Source of the DNA: Pecten maximus | Lineage: Eukaryota | DNA: 64,000 nucleotides | Direction: 5' to 3' | Assembly (NCBI RefSeq): GCF_902652985.1 | Contig: NC_047028.1 | Location: 5,952,001-6,016,000, forward strand | Part shown: in pieces, positions 12,801 to 27,200 of the stretch | How positions within the stretch are numbered: the stretch's first letter is position 1 | Layout: every line of letters begins with the position of its first letter | Notes under the pieces: generated by a model | Database searches by the model: none | What the model saw: the letters and a program-made list of their open reading frames with translations, nothing else | Told to the model about the DNA's origin: nothing | Position numbers and translations under genes: made by a program

Positions 12801-13797
12801 AAGAACACTACAAAAAAAAGAGAGTTAAAAACTACAAATTGAATAATTTGGCCTATTAACTATCTTATTGATTTAAGAATTCATATTCTATGTCACATTT
12901 AAGAATCCAAATTAATAAAGGAAGTTTCCTTCACAATATACCCAAGCGCACCAGTTCGACTAATTCTGCCTCTAATTAATCTTAGCTTGAGGCTTCACCA
13001 GGAAAATTGATTGTTGTGATAATTTTTACCCCTTATAAGTACAGTTTAACTATGTTACATTTATATCAGGAGAAAACATACCATTCCAAACGAGTCTTCT
13101 GGGATGCCACTCATCCCTGAAGGCAGTGTCCTAAAATTCAACCAAAAGGACTTATCTGAATTAATTAAAAGCAACCCATGGCCATATATACATCTCTTTA
13201 TCCATAAAGACTTATTTTCAAACGACTTGTTACCGAAAAGATCAGCATTCCTATTAAGGTGCATGCGATAATTCTGATAGTTTCAATTACCTATTACAAA
13301 GATGTTATTACTTATATAATTACATACAAATGTCTTTCAAGCATCGAAATGGCTTAAAGCATGCAACATTAATTGTATCTAAACAATATAACTTTTGCCA
13401 AGTAGTGCAGATACAGAATCTTTGTATGGCACAACCTGTTGGATACCATCTGTTATTAATGGTACTGTCTCTTAATGGAAGTAATATTCATGTTCACACC
13501 AGTTAATCTATTTTCATTCAAGAGTGTAAAGTTATATTTTCCTTAATTGATTGATTGAAGAATAGTTACATTTTATATATAATCTATGATTTTTTTAGCA
13601 TTTCAAGTTCGTATTAACTTTAAAACGCATTAATTTCTTGAAGACTTGAATAAAAATGATATGGGAAAGCAATCAACTGTATGTGAACTACAGTGACTAG
13701 CAAAGCTGGCGATATAGAAATGACAGCTGTCGTACGTTTTTCTTGGGGTGCTCTCCTCAGCATCAAAGAACTCGTCCAACTCGCTATCCGACGACAT
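6871..13797 (-). CDS. WDR44: WD repeat-containing protein 44 (Rab11 effector), 5' 13 coding exons; the gene continues past the left edge
   Basis: Exons 13797-13736, 13130-13082, 12750-12692, 12476-12404, 12072-11488, 10954-10796, 10455-10249, 9919-9783, 9373-9281, 9128-9055, 8893-8832, 7609-7529 and 7006-6871, with consistent phases. Motifs: N-terminal FFAT-like MSSDSELDEFFDAEE; RPRSNSGRLLSDKEILQAIRVLNLDTGESVPLSIAEEKIPKGLNPLDLHLIKRTKEY; KGPYDF..QDLSGTHSGAIWTMKFSPCGRLLATGGQD (first WD repeat). Confidence 0.93.
8190..8810. repeat. ~36-bp minisatellite with two subtypes, in a WDR44 intron
   Basis: Units like gagcagggtctcgtgggtttccaataattaacgaca and gagcgctgtctcatgggtttctgataatgaaccaca. It explains ORFs 8136-9039. 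Confidence 0.95.
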
Positions 13798-14208
13798 GGT
13801 GGTTGGATGTCTCGAATAAAACGATTCACATATTAAAAACCGAAAGTCTAATTAAAATAAATTGCGGTTAGATATCAGTAAAATTGACCAAATTTGGTTA
13901 CACATCTCTGATTTGGTCAAAATTCTTCCTCCCTCTGCGCCATACTTGTTTTGATTCGGAACTCTTCGAGACTTCGCCTTTACCGAAATCGTAAAAGCCG
14001 AGGATTACGAAAAGAAATTGTTTGTTTGTGTCTTTGTGTCTTCCATGAAATCAACAATTAGAAGCATTCGTGAAATAACAATCGTCGAATTTGGTTAATC
14101 AGGACGAGCTCAGGAAGATTAGACAGTGAATCACCAAATGCCAAACCCATACTATTTATATCATCGTCGATAAACTTTATTTCCCATAATTCCTTCTCGT
14201 CATACAAA
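13798..14208. promoter_or_regulatory. Bidirectional promoter and 5' UTRs shared by WDR44 and the FMR1-family gene
   Basis: The divergent start codons are only 411 bp apart, and the region is locally CpG-enriched against a CpG-poor background. Confidence 0.8.
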
Positions 14209-17200
14209 ATGGAGGACCTTGTGGTCGAGGTCTGCGGCGCTAACGGGGCATATTACAAGGTATAGCCTAATTTTATGTAACTAATTGTTTAACTACTGAT
14301 ATGGTTTGTATTGAATATATCTGTTTCAACTTATGCAGCAATGTAGTGATTGATTTATACGCGATTTCCTGTTATAAACACGCTGGATGATCCGCATCTA
14401 TAACGGTTTCTTAACCGGTAATCGGCGTCTCGTTTCACTTTCAGAAATCGTTTTATGGAGTTGTACTATTTACAAAAATGAGGATTTCAAGCAATTAGAT
14501 TGATAATATTATATTAAGAAATATTCAAATTATTAAATTTTACGAATGTTTGTTTAGTTCACACATTGGAATGGAAACATGCCCAAATGATGAGTCACGT
14601 TTGTATCTTTCTTATCTGTTGATTTTCCAGCTCCCCCAACATTTTCGTGTCATCGATCAGACAACAGAATTCTTCAGACACTCCTAGTTTAATAATCTGT
14701 GTCTGAAATCCATTATCGTTATTTGATTGGTACCAAGCAAAACAAATCTAAATACATGGATCTAATAGTTTTCTATGAACGTCAATAAAGAAGTTGGGAC
14801 ACTGAAAATTATGTAAGAAGTGCAAAATATAACCTAGCTACTGGTCTCATATTGTTCAGATTCGAATCGTGCTTGTCTAACTTGAAAGTTAATTCAAAGG
14901 AATGTCAGTGTGAATTAAAAATAACTTAAAGCTGTATGCATCTGTTTTGACTGAAAGTCCGAAACTCTACCAGCGTAGACAGAAATAAATTTTATTTTGT
15001 ATGCAGAGGCAGTGATCACAAGCATTTTACTGTGCAGTAGGCTAGTTCTAAATTTGACAATAATCATAATACCAAATACCTATATACTGAGGTGATAATT
15101 ATCTGCAAATGCCTGTGCAGTGACTTAGGGCGAATTTGTTCTCCTAAAACCAGTTTTAGTTTCGAACCGGTTCTGTAAACTTTCCATTTGTTGAGTAAAC
15201 CAGTTTCAAACCACATTTAAACTGAAACCGGTTCATTCATTTGTTTCTGATAAACCTAAACTAGTTTATTAAACCATTCAAACCACCAAAGGTTGTGGTT
15301 TGAAAGGTTTCGTTTCTGAAAACAAGATGGCGAATGTTGTCAACACACATGCAGAATGTGCTCTTGAAGTGCGCTACATGCTCCAAACTAGCCAGCTATG
15401 GCTTGTAGTGTCATTTGACTGGACAAATAAAATATAAATTATAAATATTAATAATTGTTTTCCCATTGGTATGACAGTTTTCCCTTGTGTTTGAAAGAAA
15501 GTCTGCTAGAACTGTATGCGTTTCCCTGTCATTGCGTTGTGGAAGTATGTCTTCAACATAATTTGGGATTCGGGGGATTTTTGTGCGTTCAGGAGGTATT
15601 AACGTTTCAAATACTGCTCTGAAGCTTTTTCTCCCAAAGACACCATATTGAAAACTAGAATTTCGCATTTGTTTCTCAAGAGCAAACCAGTTTTAGTTTA
15701 CAAACCGTTTTGAAAACCAGGTTTAAACCCAAACCTAAACCAGTTTATTTGCAACAAATTTGCCCTTAGTATACAATTAAATTTTGGGTGCAGTAAACGA
15801 ATTAGGTAGTGTAGGGATTATAATAATTTAAGACAAACACATTCATGTATATGCAGTCATACCTTGACAACATTCTGTGATTTTAGACTAGACCTTATTT
15901 TGACACTGAGTAATTAGCGTATATTATCACAGGTTTGTCTAGATACAGCTGTATACAACCATTTTGTTTACGTGTTATAATTTTTCTGCAAACTGCAAAA
16001 AAAACCCACAAAAAACTCCAAACAATTCTTCGTTAAAAGTAGACAGTATAAGGCCACTTTACTAGCTCAGACTATCATGAATTTTCCTTTTGCCTATTGT
16101 GGAAGGATATGTTTGGCTTGAGAGGGAGAGGTCATTAGTTACTTAAAAGCCCGGCACTGGTCAGTTTATTTTCCATTACTCCTTCCTCTTACAGATTTGG
16201 TGCCGTTGACCACTCTAAGTGAAAGCTATAGGAGATTGTGCACGTGGTTGTCTTCGATTTGGGGGCAGAAACTTTGTGAAGGAGAGAGTAGTTTAAAAGT
16301 AGAGAGTTTATAACTTAAAGGCCACCTTACTAGCTCAAACTAGAGGGAGTTTCACTTTAGCCTATAGAGGTAGAATGTTTGTCTTAAGCGCAGCACTGAC
16401 AGGGTATTTTTCATTACTCCTTCCTATTACACTCATTATTTCTTTGGCATAGATCTAGAGTTATGATTGAAGAGCCTCAACTAGTCCCTGGCATTATGGT
16501 TTGCAACAATAGAAAGAAAGGAACTCAAATAATAAGACAATCTTAAAGGATGATAGATCTAAATTAATCCTTATAATGTGACACTTGAGCAATTAATTTT
16601 TATTAGCATGCCACAGGCAGGTTTGTCTTGAACTAGTATTTATATACCATTACATCTTCGTATATTAATTAGTTAATTTGTCATTAAATTTTTTCTCCGA
16701 TCTCTTTGATAAAGATCCTTTAGTCAATTATGATTTAACAGCCTCAAACCCATATTATTGACAAGGGAAGGAACATCATCTGTGACAATTTAACTTTTAT
16801 TAAGTTTTAATCTGACCACAAATGAAGTCTGTTTCTTTCTAGATTGATGTCTCGTGGTTGGGACTATCTAGATTGATGTCTCGTGGGTGGGACTTTCTAG
16901 ATTGATGTCTCGTGGGTGGGACTTTCTAGATTGATGTCTTGTGGGTGGGACTTTCTAGATTGATGTCTTGTGGGTGGGACTTTCTAGATTGATGTCTTGT
17001 GGGTGGGACTTTCTAGATTGATGTCTTGTGGGTGGGATTTTCTAGATTGATGCATGTCTCGTGGGTGGGACTTTCTAGATTGATGTCTCGTGGGTGGGAC
17101 TTTCTAGATTGATGCATGTCTCGTGGGTGGGACTTTCTAGATTGATGTCTTGTGGGTGGGACTTTCTAGATTGATGTCGTGGGTGGGACTATCTAGATTG

Positions 17201-20200
17201 ATGTCTCGTGGGTGGGACTTTCTAGATTGATGTCTCATGGGTGGGACTTTCTAGATTGATGTCTCGTGGGTGGGACTTTCTAGATTGATGTCTCGTGGGT
17301 GGGACTTTCTAGATTGATGTCTTGTAGGTGGGACTTTTTAGATTGATGTCTTGTAGGTGGGACTTTCTGGATTGATGTCTTGTGGGTGGGACTTTCTAAA
17401 TTGATGTCTTGTTGATGTCTTGTGGGACTTTCTAGATTGATGTCTTGTGGGTGGGACTGTCTAGATTGATGTCTTGTGGGTGGGACTGTCTAGATTGATA
17501 TCTTGTGAGTGGGACTTTCTAGATTGATGTCTTGTGGGTGGGACTTTCTAAATTGATGTCTTGTGGGTGGGACTTTCTAAATTGATGTCTTGTGGGTGGG
17601 ACTTTCTAAATTGATGTCTTGTGGGTGGGACTTTCTAGATTGATGTCTTGTGGGTGGGACTGTCTAGATTGATGTCTTGTGGGTGGGACTTTCTAGATTG
17701 ATGTCTTGTGGGTGGGACTTTCTAGATTGATGTCTTGTGGGTGGGACTTTCTAAATTGATGTCTTGTGGGTGGGACTTTCTAAATTGATGTCTTGTGGGT
17801 GGGACTTTCTGGATTGATGTCTTGTGGGTGGGACTTTCTAGATTGATGTCCTGTGGGTGGGACTTTCTAGATTGATGTCTTGTGGGTGGGACTTTCTAGA
17901 TTGATGTCTTGTGGGTGGGACTTTCTAAATTGATGTCTTGTGGTGGGACTTTCTAGATTGATGTCTTGTGGGTGGGACTTTCTAGATTGATGTCTTGTGG
18001 GTGGGACTTTCTAAATTGATGTCTCGTGGGTGGGACTTTCTAGATTGATGTCTTGTGGGTGGGACTTTCTAGATTGATGTCTCGTGGGTGGGACTTTCTA
18101 GATTGATGTCTCGTGGGTGGGACTTTCTAGATTGATGTCTCGTGGGTGGGACTTTCTAGATTGATGTCTGTGGGTGGGACTTTCTAGATTGATGTTGTGG
18201 GTGGGACTTTCTAGATTGATGTCCTGTGGGTGGGACTTTCTAGATTGATGTCTTGTGGGTGGGACTTTCTAGATTGATGTCTTGTGGGTGGGACTTTCTA
18301 AATTGATATCTTGTAGGTGGGACTTTTTAGATTGATGTCTCGTGGGTGGGACTTTTTAGATTGATGTCTTGTGGGTGGGACTTTCTAGATTGATGTCCTG
18401 TGGGTGGGACTTATTATAATTTCTAGATTGATGTCTTGTGGGTGGGACTTTCTAGATTGATGTCCTGTGGGTGGGACTTATTATAATTTCTAGATTGATG
18501 TCTTGTGGGTGGGCCTTTGTAGATTGATGTCTTGTGGGTGGGACTTTCTAAATTGATGTCTTGTGGGTGGGACTTTCTAAATTGATGTCTCGTGGGTGGG
18601 ACTTTCTAGATTGATATCTTGTAGGTGGGACTTTCTAGATTGATGTCTCGTGGGTGGGACTTTCTAGATTGATGTCTTGTGGGTGGGACTTTCTAGATTG
18701 ATGTCTTGTGGATGGGAATTTCTAGATTGATGTCGTGGGTGGGACCCAGGGTTATTCTGGTGATAGGAATGTTGTTTACTGTTTAGCTCAAGGACTGGTT
18801 CAATGTTCTTTCTTTTGGATTTTGTCATGGTTATGGATATATGACAAATAAAATTCATTATACAATTGAACCACGTGATAAATAGTAGGGTGTCTTTATT
18901 TAGAAGTTTTAATAAGTTATCATCACTTAGTGAGTGCTATCTGGTTACATGTAAATAGTTAATAAAAAGTCATTCCAACAAAAAGGTAAGATTTTAAGGC
19001 AATATCATTTATGCCCTTTTGCCAAGACATAAATGTACAATTATAATGTTAATAAGCACACATAGCTAGGTAAAAGATAGTAAAGAAAAAGTAGCTAGAT
19101 TTCAGATTCTGTATATATCCATGGACACAAACATGAAACAAGGCTATACTTACATTTTGTAGCAGGGCATGTTTGAATTTAGAGAATATCAATATTGTTT
19201 TATAAATATTGTTCTTTAAATATATGAATATTGTAAGTAGGATGTACATACATGTAAATGTTTGATTTTATACATGATCATAAGAACAAAAACCAAAACC
19301 AAAAAAATACCTGTGTTTCCGCTACCCTTTATATACTGACACTATATTTTTGTGTTTACCTAGGCCTAATGCTGTTTTGGCCATTTTCAAGTAAGGACTA
19401 TTAATTCAAAGTCAAGATTTCTAAAACTAATTAATTAAAAAATATAAATAAATTTCTCCACATGCCACCCTATTTTCTCTGGCATGTTATAATTAGTGGA
19501 AACACATGTACTATTTTTTAGGCTTAAGTGCATTGTAATACGCTGTTAAAGGATCAACAATACCATAGATCTGTTATATATAATTATAGATGATGATAGC
19601 ATATATAATTATAGATGATGATAGCATATATAATTATAGATGATGATAGCATATATAATTATAGATGATGATAGCATATATAATTATAGATGATGATAGC
19701 ATACACATCTACAGCTGATAGTACTGTACATACACATATGTAGGGCGATGTAAACCGAGATCAACATAGGTTATATGTAGGGCGATGAAAACCGAGATCA
19801 ACATTGGTATAGTACAGTCACATCAGTCTGTCCTACTAAATACATTCCAGACACAAGCAACATGGAAAGCAAACACATTAAGTAAATTACCATCATATCA
19901 ATGAATGTTGGTAGTTATCAAACACAAACTTACTAAAGCAAAACAGACTGTGCAGTGTTTTTAGTTATAGGAGACACCAGGTGCTTGTAGAATATATTCA
20001 GCTTTCATTTTAGTTTTGTTTCAATAAAGATGAAAGTAGGGATCGATTGAGAAGGGAAAGTTTAGTTATATTTATGGCCATATTTTCTGCTTTTAAACTA
20101 CTAAGGGGAATTTTACTATAGAAAAAAATGTGTATATGGACCATTGAGATATATTTATGTGGCTGTAATGGTCCAGGTCCCTATAGGCCTGTCCTCCACA

Positions 20201-23200
20201 ACCCTGGCAGATTATCAGGTTGTGGATTATATCGTTCTTACTTCATGTAATTGTTTTATTCATAAAGTAATGTGTACAAAATGAAATAGAAATTCAAGTT
20301 CTTCCAGAACAGAATCAGTTTAAACAAGCTACTGATTTTAAAACAGCTGATTTGATATGGTTTTATGCTGAAAAAAAAGTCTCATATTGTTGTCAATGAA
20401 TCAAGAAGACTGTTTTTACGAACAACCAATGAGCTTGTTTTATACATGTACATGTATATTATATATGTTGAAACTGATTTTAACAAAACAATTCAAATTG
20501 AAAACCAAGAAACATCAATTATCTATTTAGATACACATGATTAGAATTTATATATATATATCGGTGAAATATGGTACAGATATAAAGAACAAGTATATTT
20601 AAATTTCAAAAGTGAAGAATTTGACATACATGTACATTATAAACTGGATTTACTTTGGACTTCTTAATGTTTTTACAATTCCAGCAGCAGGCTAGGTATG
20701 ACATGTGAAATTCAGTAACTATAAATAGCAGGATTAATCATTAAATAGCCATGCGTTTTGATTTCTAAGCCACTATACTGTAATAGCTTGGCTGGGGTAT
20801 GGCTATAGGTGTATCTCCCACACACCTTATAAATAGATCCTTCAGGCTTTATTTTGAGGATATGTCTGCTGTTTACAGCTGGTGTATCCAGATTGTTATG
20901 AGGTCTCGGTGTATCAGGCCGGCTGTGTGTGTCACTGTACCATATGTATGTTACTATTCCTACCCAGGGGCGCAGCTCCCACTGAGAAACACTGCAACCA
21001 TTTCTCTGTACATCAGAGATTTCTGGAACACCAGAACTTTTGACTTAATCTTGATTTTCATTATCTTCATGATTTCTTGAACTTTACACAGCTTGTTCTT
21101 TGATTACACCAAAAGTGATACACATTTACACATGTTATGAACTTTAAATATTATGTTCTTCACTTGATATTTCCAAATTTATATGCTGCATCAATTCAAT
21201 ATTGGATTTTTAAAAAAATTTATTTCTTTGAAAATCTTTTCAGGGATTTAATGCTGTCACAGAAAATCAAATAAAGTTGCATGCATATTACCCCGAGTTT
21301 CCTCTAGCCCTGATCATGACACCATGCATGATATGTCTGATATAGCCTACACCAGACATGGTGTTGGGGGCAGAGGAAACTCGGGCTACATGCATATGTA
21401 CCCTTTGGATCTTAAACAAATTTATTGTCTTACTGTGATGTCTTTTCTGACTGTATTTCCCTTGAATCTAAATATTGATTGTAACTGATGTCTTTTCTCC
21501 TCTTTCTTCTGTTAATTATGCAGAGATCATTTTGGAGGGGACCATTGGCCCACAACTTTCCTGAATGACCCACATGATTCAGAAAAATCCTTTAAATTTC
21601 TATAAATGGCCCAAAAATTAATTTACAGCTTGAAAATGACTCATCCACTTGCTAACCCAAAATAATCCCTGATTATGGGCTGTGTCGAGGTCACTTTCCC
21701 AGTTTTAGACCATCTCCTTCAACCTCCACCCTCTTCCATACTAGGCTATATTTACTCCTATATTCATAAAATACTTGCTGTATATATATAGCTGTCTTGG
21801 TCTCATTTTCTTCCATCATATATGTCTGGGTAAACTTTATTTATTTCTTTATTTTGCAGCAATTTCATTTACTATAACAACTTCTATTGTATATTATAAA
21901 CTCACTCTTGTTGACCTGGAAGTTTAGGGGTCTTTCTGTCTGATTACACTGTGTACATTAACTAATTATATAATTGTATCACTGTCTATGTAAATTTGAC
22001 ACAAATATAAGATACTTTATAAATACATAAATTGCAAATGTATGTTTTTCTTTCTTTTCCAGGCCTATGTGAAAAACATACATGAAGAAACAATCACTGT
22101 GCAATTTGAAAATGAGTAAGTTTTACATATTTTAACTTTGCCAAACCAACACCCCTCCCCCCCTTCCAGACCCAGAATGAAATGGTTGAGATATAAAATT
22201 GAGGTTAAGATATATTCTGACTAATCATCTGAAATAGTGAGTGAGCGAGACAGATTGATCTGAACCCTGTATTATGACTGCTGTATATATGTGCTGTATC
22301 TTACTATCTTTATCATACAAAACATAAAACTGCCAGAATTAGGACTCTGCCACTATGCCCATGAGATGTTGCAGATTACCTGAAAAGGGAGGGAAGGGAT
22401 CAGGATATAAAATGGTTGATGGATATTGTACTTATTTCACTTAGTTGTTTTTTAAGTTATAAAAGTCATAAAAGTCATTAGCTTTTGCAAGTGTATTGTC
22501 TTTTGAAACTTTTAAATAATAACTAGCAAGAGTGAAATAATTAGCATATTTATCCAACAAGCAACAAGTCGTATGACAATGTTTTTACCACAATAATATG
22601 AATTGGCAGCTAGCGGAGGTTCTGTGATCAGGTTTGAATAAATGTGTTTGCTGATAAGGAGCTAGTCATGATATCATAAAATATAAAAAGTCCTTAATTG
22701 ATATTCAAAAATAAAATTTGAAATAAAAATATATTTACTGTAGTGAAGAACACCTGTATATAACAAACTCACGGTCAGTCAGACGTTAATGTCTGCAGTT
22801 CTAGATCTGTAGTGCATTAACTTTATTGTCTTTAAGCAGTTGCAGATTATATGCTTGTATTTACGTGCAGTCTACATATATGTATCCCACCAAAAATGTT
22901 GACTATATGAAAAAACTGTCATTGATCATGATCAGCCTGTTATTAATGTTTTTTTATAAATGATCTGATAATCTGATCATTGTGTATTAAACTGAAATTT
23001 GCGCCATGCTGAATGTTACTTATATTGATATTTTGTTCTGTTCTGCCGTTAGGTCGTTAACTGGTTTACCACCTACATGACTTCAGCTATCACTAGGTTA
23101 CATATCTCACTGACTATTGTAGTCAGGGTTCTGTCGGCTTTAGTTTGTTAGTTACTGGTTTACCACCTACATGACTCCTCCTATGTTAGTTACTGGTTTA

Positions 23201-24263
23201 CCACCTACATGACTCCTCCTATGTTAGTTACTGGTTTACCACCTACATGACTCCTCCTATCACTAGTTTACATCTCACTGACTATATTGTAGTCAGGGTT
23301 CTGTAGGCTTTAGTTTGTTAGTTACTGGTTTACCACCTACATGACTCCTCCTATAACTAGTTTACATCTCACTGACTATATTGTAGTCAGGTTCTGTAGG
23401 CTTTAGTTTGTTAGTAACTGGTTTACCACCTACATGACTCCTCCTATGTTAGTTACTGGTTTACCACCTACATGACTCCTCCTATCACTAGGTTACATCT
23501 CACTGACTATTGTAGTCAGGGTTCTGTCGGCTTTAGTTTGTTAGTTACTGGTTTACCACCTATATTACACCTCCTATCACTATAGGTTACATCTCACTGA
23601 CTATATTGTAGTCAGGTTCTGTAGGCTTTAGTTTGTTAGTTACTGGTTTACCACCTACATGACTCCTCCTATGTTAGTTACTGGTTTACCACCTACATGA
23701 CTCCTCCTATCACTAGGTTACATCTCACTGACTATATTGTAGTCAGGTTCTGTAGGCTTTAGTTTGTTAGTTACTGACCTATATTGCACCTCCTATCAGT
23801 CTAGGTTACATCTCACTATTTTAGTGTTAAGTTCAATAATTTCCTTTACATAAATACATGTGATGTCACCATTACCACTCTGACAATAAATGAATTAACC
23901 TAGGCCTGTTGATGCCCTGTTAAGATATACAAAACAGACCAGGATCAGGATTTCACAGCAGCATGGGTGTTAATATAATGTACATGTAAATGGCTGTGTT
24001 TGTAATAATGCCTTATAAGAAATGATATGATTAGGTGATCATGATCATGCCAAAGGAACAGGACAGGAATAAAATTAAAATCAGCATCACTAGTACTGGT
24101 CCTGTTGAGGGGCTGTAGTTTTCCTCTCATTCTGCCTCTAGCTACATATGTTATGCCACTTGTCAGTACTCTAGCAGTGTCATTCCTTGAGGGATTACCA
24201 AAGGACCATGATATGTCGACAAGTTTAAGTTTCATGGCTGTTGGGTCGCTTATTTAAGGAGGT

Positions 24264-24294
<31 letters not shown>

Positions 24295-27200
24295 GGTTAG
24301 TAGGGGACATGTGTTGCTTAAGCAATACCGAGTATGCTTGTTGTATTAGTTATTAGTTGCTTAGCTGATTACCAGGTACATTTAATTATATATAAAGCTG
24401 CATTTTGTAAGTTCCAGAATCTGGTGGTAGGATAATATATTTCAGAATTTTCATGATAAAATTACGAATGAAATGGACAAGAAGTATAAATGTAGTCCTT
24501 GATTCTACAGCTGGCAGCCAGAACAACAGATCAAGTTCAGTTGTGCAAGGCTTCCCCCAAAGATGGTTGTGAAAAGGACAGATTATGTCGAAGGTGAAAT
24601 GGTGGAGGTAAGTACAGGTATAGGGACAACTTTCAGGTAGGATATTTAAAAAGGTGTATAACAAAAATGGTAATACTAACTCCAAAGGAATGAAATGGAA
24701 GGAAAATATCAGCAACAAAAATATTTTACAATGGAGATCTTTCAAAAAATATAAACAAAAAAGGCAGGAAGTTGTGAAAAAACAATATCAATATCATGAA
24801 TTGTATGAGAAGTTATATGATATTTAGTATGATAAGTAAACTGTTGTGAGGATTGAAATTATTGTGGTAGAATTTCCATCTTCTTCATTTTCCTTCAGTT
24901 TCTCGTCCACTGAAAGGCCGTAATAGTGGACATTAACCCTGTAAATAATAAGTGGTAGAAGCTAGACCTATGTGTGACCTCCAAGGCCAGAGGAATGTGA
25001 TTTACTAGATCTATATGTGACCTCCAAGGCCAGAGGAGTCTGATTTACTAGACCTATATGTGACCTCCAAGGCCAGAGGAGTCTGATTTACTAGACCTAT
25101 ATGTGACCTCCAAGGCCAGAGGAGTCTGATTTACTAGACCTATGTGTGACCTCCAAGGCCAGAGGAGTCTGATTTACTAGACCTATGTGTGACCTCCAAG
25201 GCCAGAGGAGTCTGATTTACTAGACCTATATGTGACCTCCAAGGCCAGAGGAGTCTGATTTACTAGACCTATTTGTGACCTCCAAGGCCAGAGGAGTCTG
25301 ATTTACTAGACCTATGTGTGACCTCCAAGGCCTGAGGAGTCTGATTTACTAGACCTATATGTGACCTCCAAGGCCAGAGGAGTCTGATTTACTAGACCTA
25401 TATGTGACCTCCAAGGCCAGAGGAGTCTGATTTACTAGACCTATGTGTGACCTCCAAGGCCAGAGGAGTCTGATTTACTAGACCTATATCTCCAAGGTCA
25501 GAAGAGTCTGATTTACTAGACCTATATGTGACCTCCAAGGCCAGAGGAGTCTGATTTACTAGACCTATGTGTGACCTCCAAGGCCTGAGGAGTCTGATTT
25601 ACTAGACCTATATGTGACCTCCAAGGCCTGAGCAGTCTGATTTACTAGACCTATATGTGACCTCCAAGGCGAGAGGAGTCTGATTTGCTAGACCTATATG
25701 TGACCTCCAAGGTCAGAGGAGTCTGATTTACTAGACCTATATGTGACCTCCAAGGTCAGAGGAGTCTGATTTACTAGACCTATATGTGACCTCCAAGGCC
25801 AGAGGAGTCTGATTTACTAGACCTATGTGTGACCTCCAAGGCCAGAGGAGTCTGATTTACTAGACCTATATGTGACCTCCAAGGCGAGAGGAGTCTGATT
25901 TGCTAGACCTATGTGTGACCTCCAAGGTCAGAGGAGTCTGATTTACTAGATCTATATGTGACCTCCAAGGCCAGAGGAGTCTGATTTACTAGACCTATGT
26001 GTGACCTCCAAGGCCTGAGGAGTCTGATTTACTAGACCTATATGTGACCTCCAAGGCCTGAGCAGTCTGATTTACTAGACCTATATGTGACCTCCAAGGC
26101 GAGAGGAGTCTGATTTGCTAGACCTATATGTGACCTCCAAGGTCAGAGGAGTCTGATTTACTAGACCTATATGTGACCTCCAAGGCCAGAGGAGTCTGAT
26201 TTACTAGACCTATATGTGACCTCGTAGGCCAGAGGAGTCTGATTTACTAGACCTATATGTGACCTCCAAGGCCAGCGGAGTCTGATTTACTAGTAAATAT
26301 CAGCAGTGACAACGTAACCAGAAAAATATCAGTGCTGATTTATCTGTATGATATTGACTGTAAAACTGGAGGCTATCATTTCTGCTTGTTTGATCATGAA
26401 ATATTCTGCCTTTTCATTTAATTATACAGATAGCAGTCTGTTTACACTTGCACATATGGCTGAGATCGATATCTGCGATCAAAGTCCTAAACTCTGATAA
26501 CTTCTTATATCACTCCACTCAACACTGCTTATATATGACTGTTGTTGATGAAAAAAAGTCTTCATCTCTTTAAATCACTTTTTCATCTCAACATTTTTTT
26601 TATAATACCCTTACCTTGAAGAAAGTTACCTCTGCCCTTCATTACCATTGTGACACACTGTACTGCTAACATACTATACTCTTAATTTTCTAAGGAAATC
26701 TTGGAAATATTCTCTGACATCATTGATATAATGAGGCAGTGAATGGAAGTACCAGGTAGTGCTAGGTCTGTTATCTGTTTGATTATGTAGGTAAAACACT
26801 CCTGGGTTTACACTTGATATTTCAAATGAAGCCTAGCTTTCAGATTAAATGGGGTCCTTATATATGGTTTAAATATTAATGGACTTGCTGAAAAATATCA
26901 GGGTGCCTTTTCAATTTCTATGCTTCAATGTGCTACAGGGATGACTCCAACACAAACTTTTGTTAAGTCTTGTGTACATAATGTAATAGAAACTGCATAT
27001 TCCTAATCTTTTATGTACATGATAACTGATGATAGATTTTCAGGTTTTGACTTTAATTGTCACCATAGAATTATTATAAAGACCATATGTGTGTTTATTG
27101 ATTGATGTATACATGTAATCGTTTTGGAGCATTCCTGATACCATAGAGATTTTTGTAGATAAGCTGATGTATGCTGCCAATTATCAGTGAGCTGATGCCT

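Noticed and set aside
13960-14208. Fragile-X-type CGG repeat in the FMR1 5' UTR
   Set aside because: None is present.
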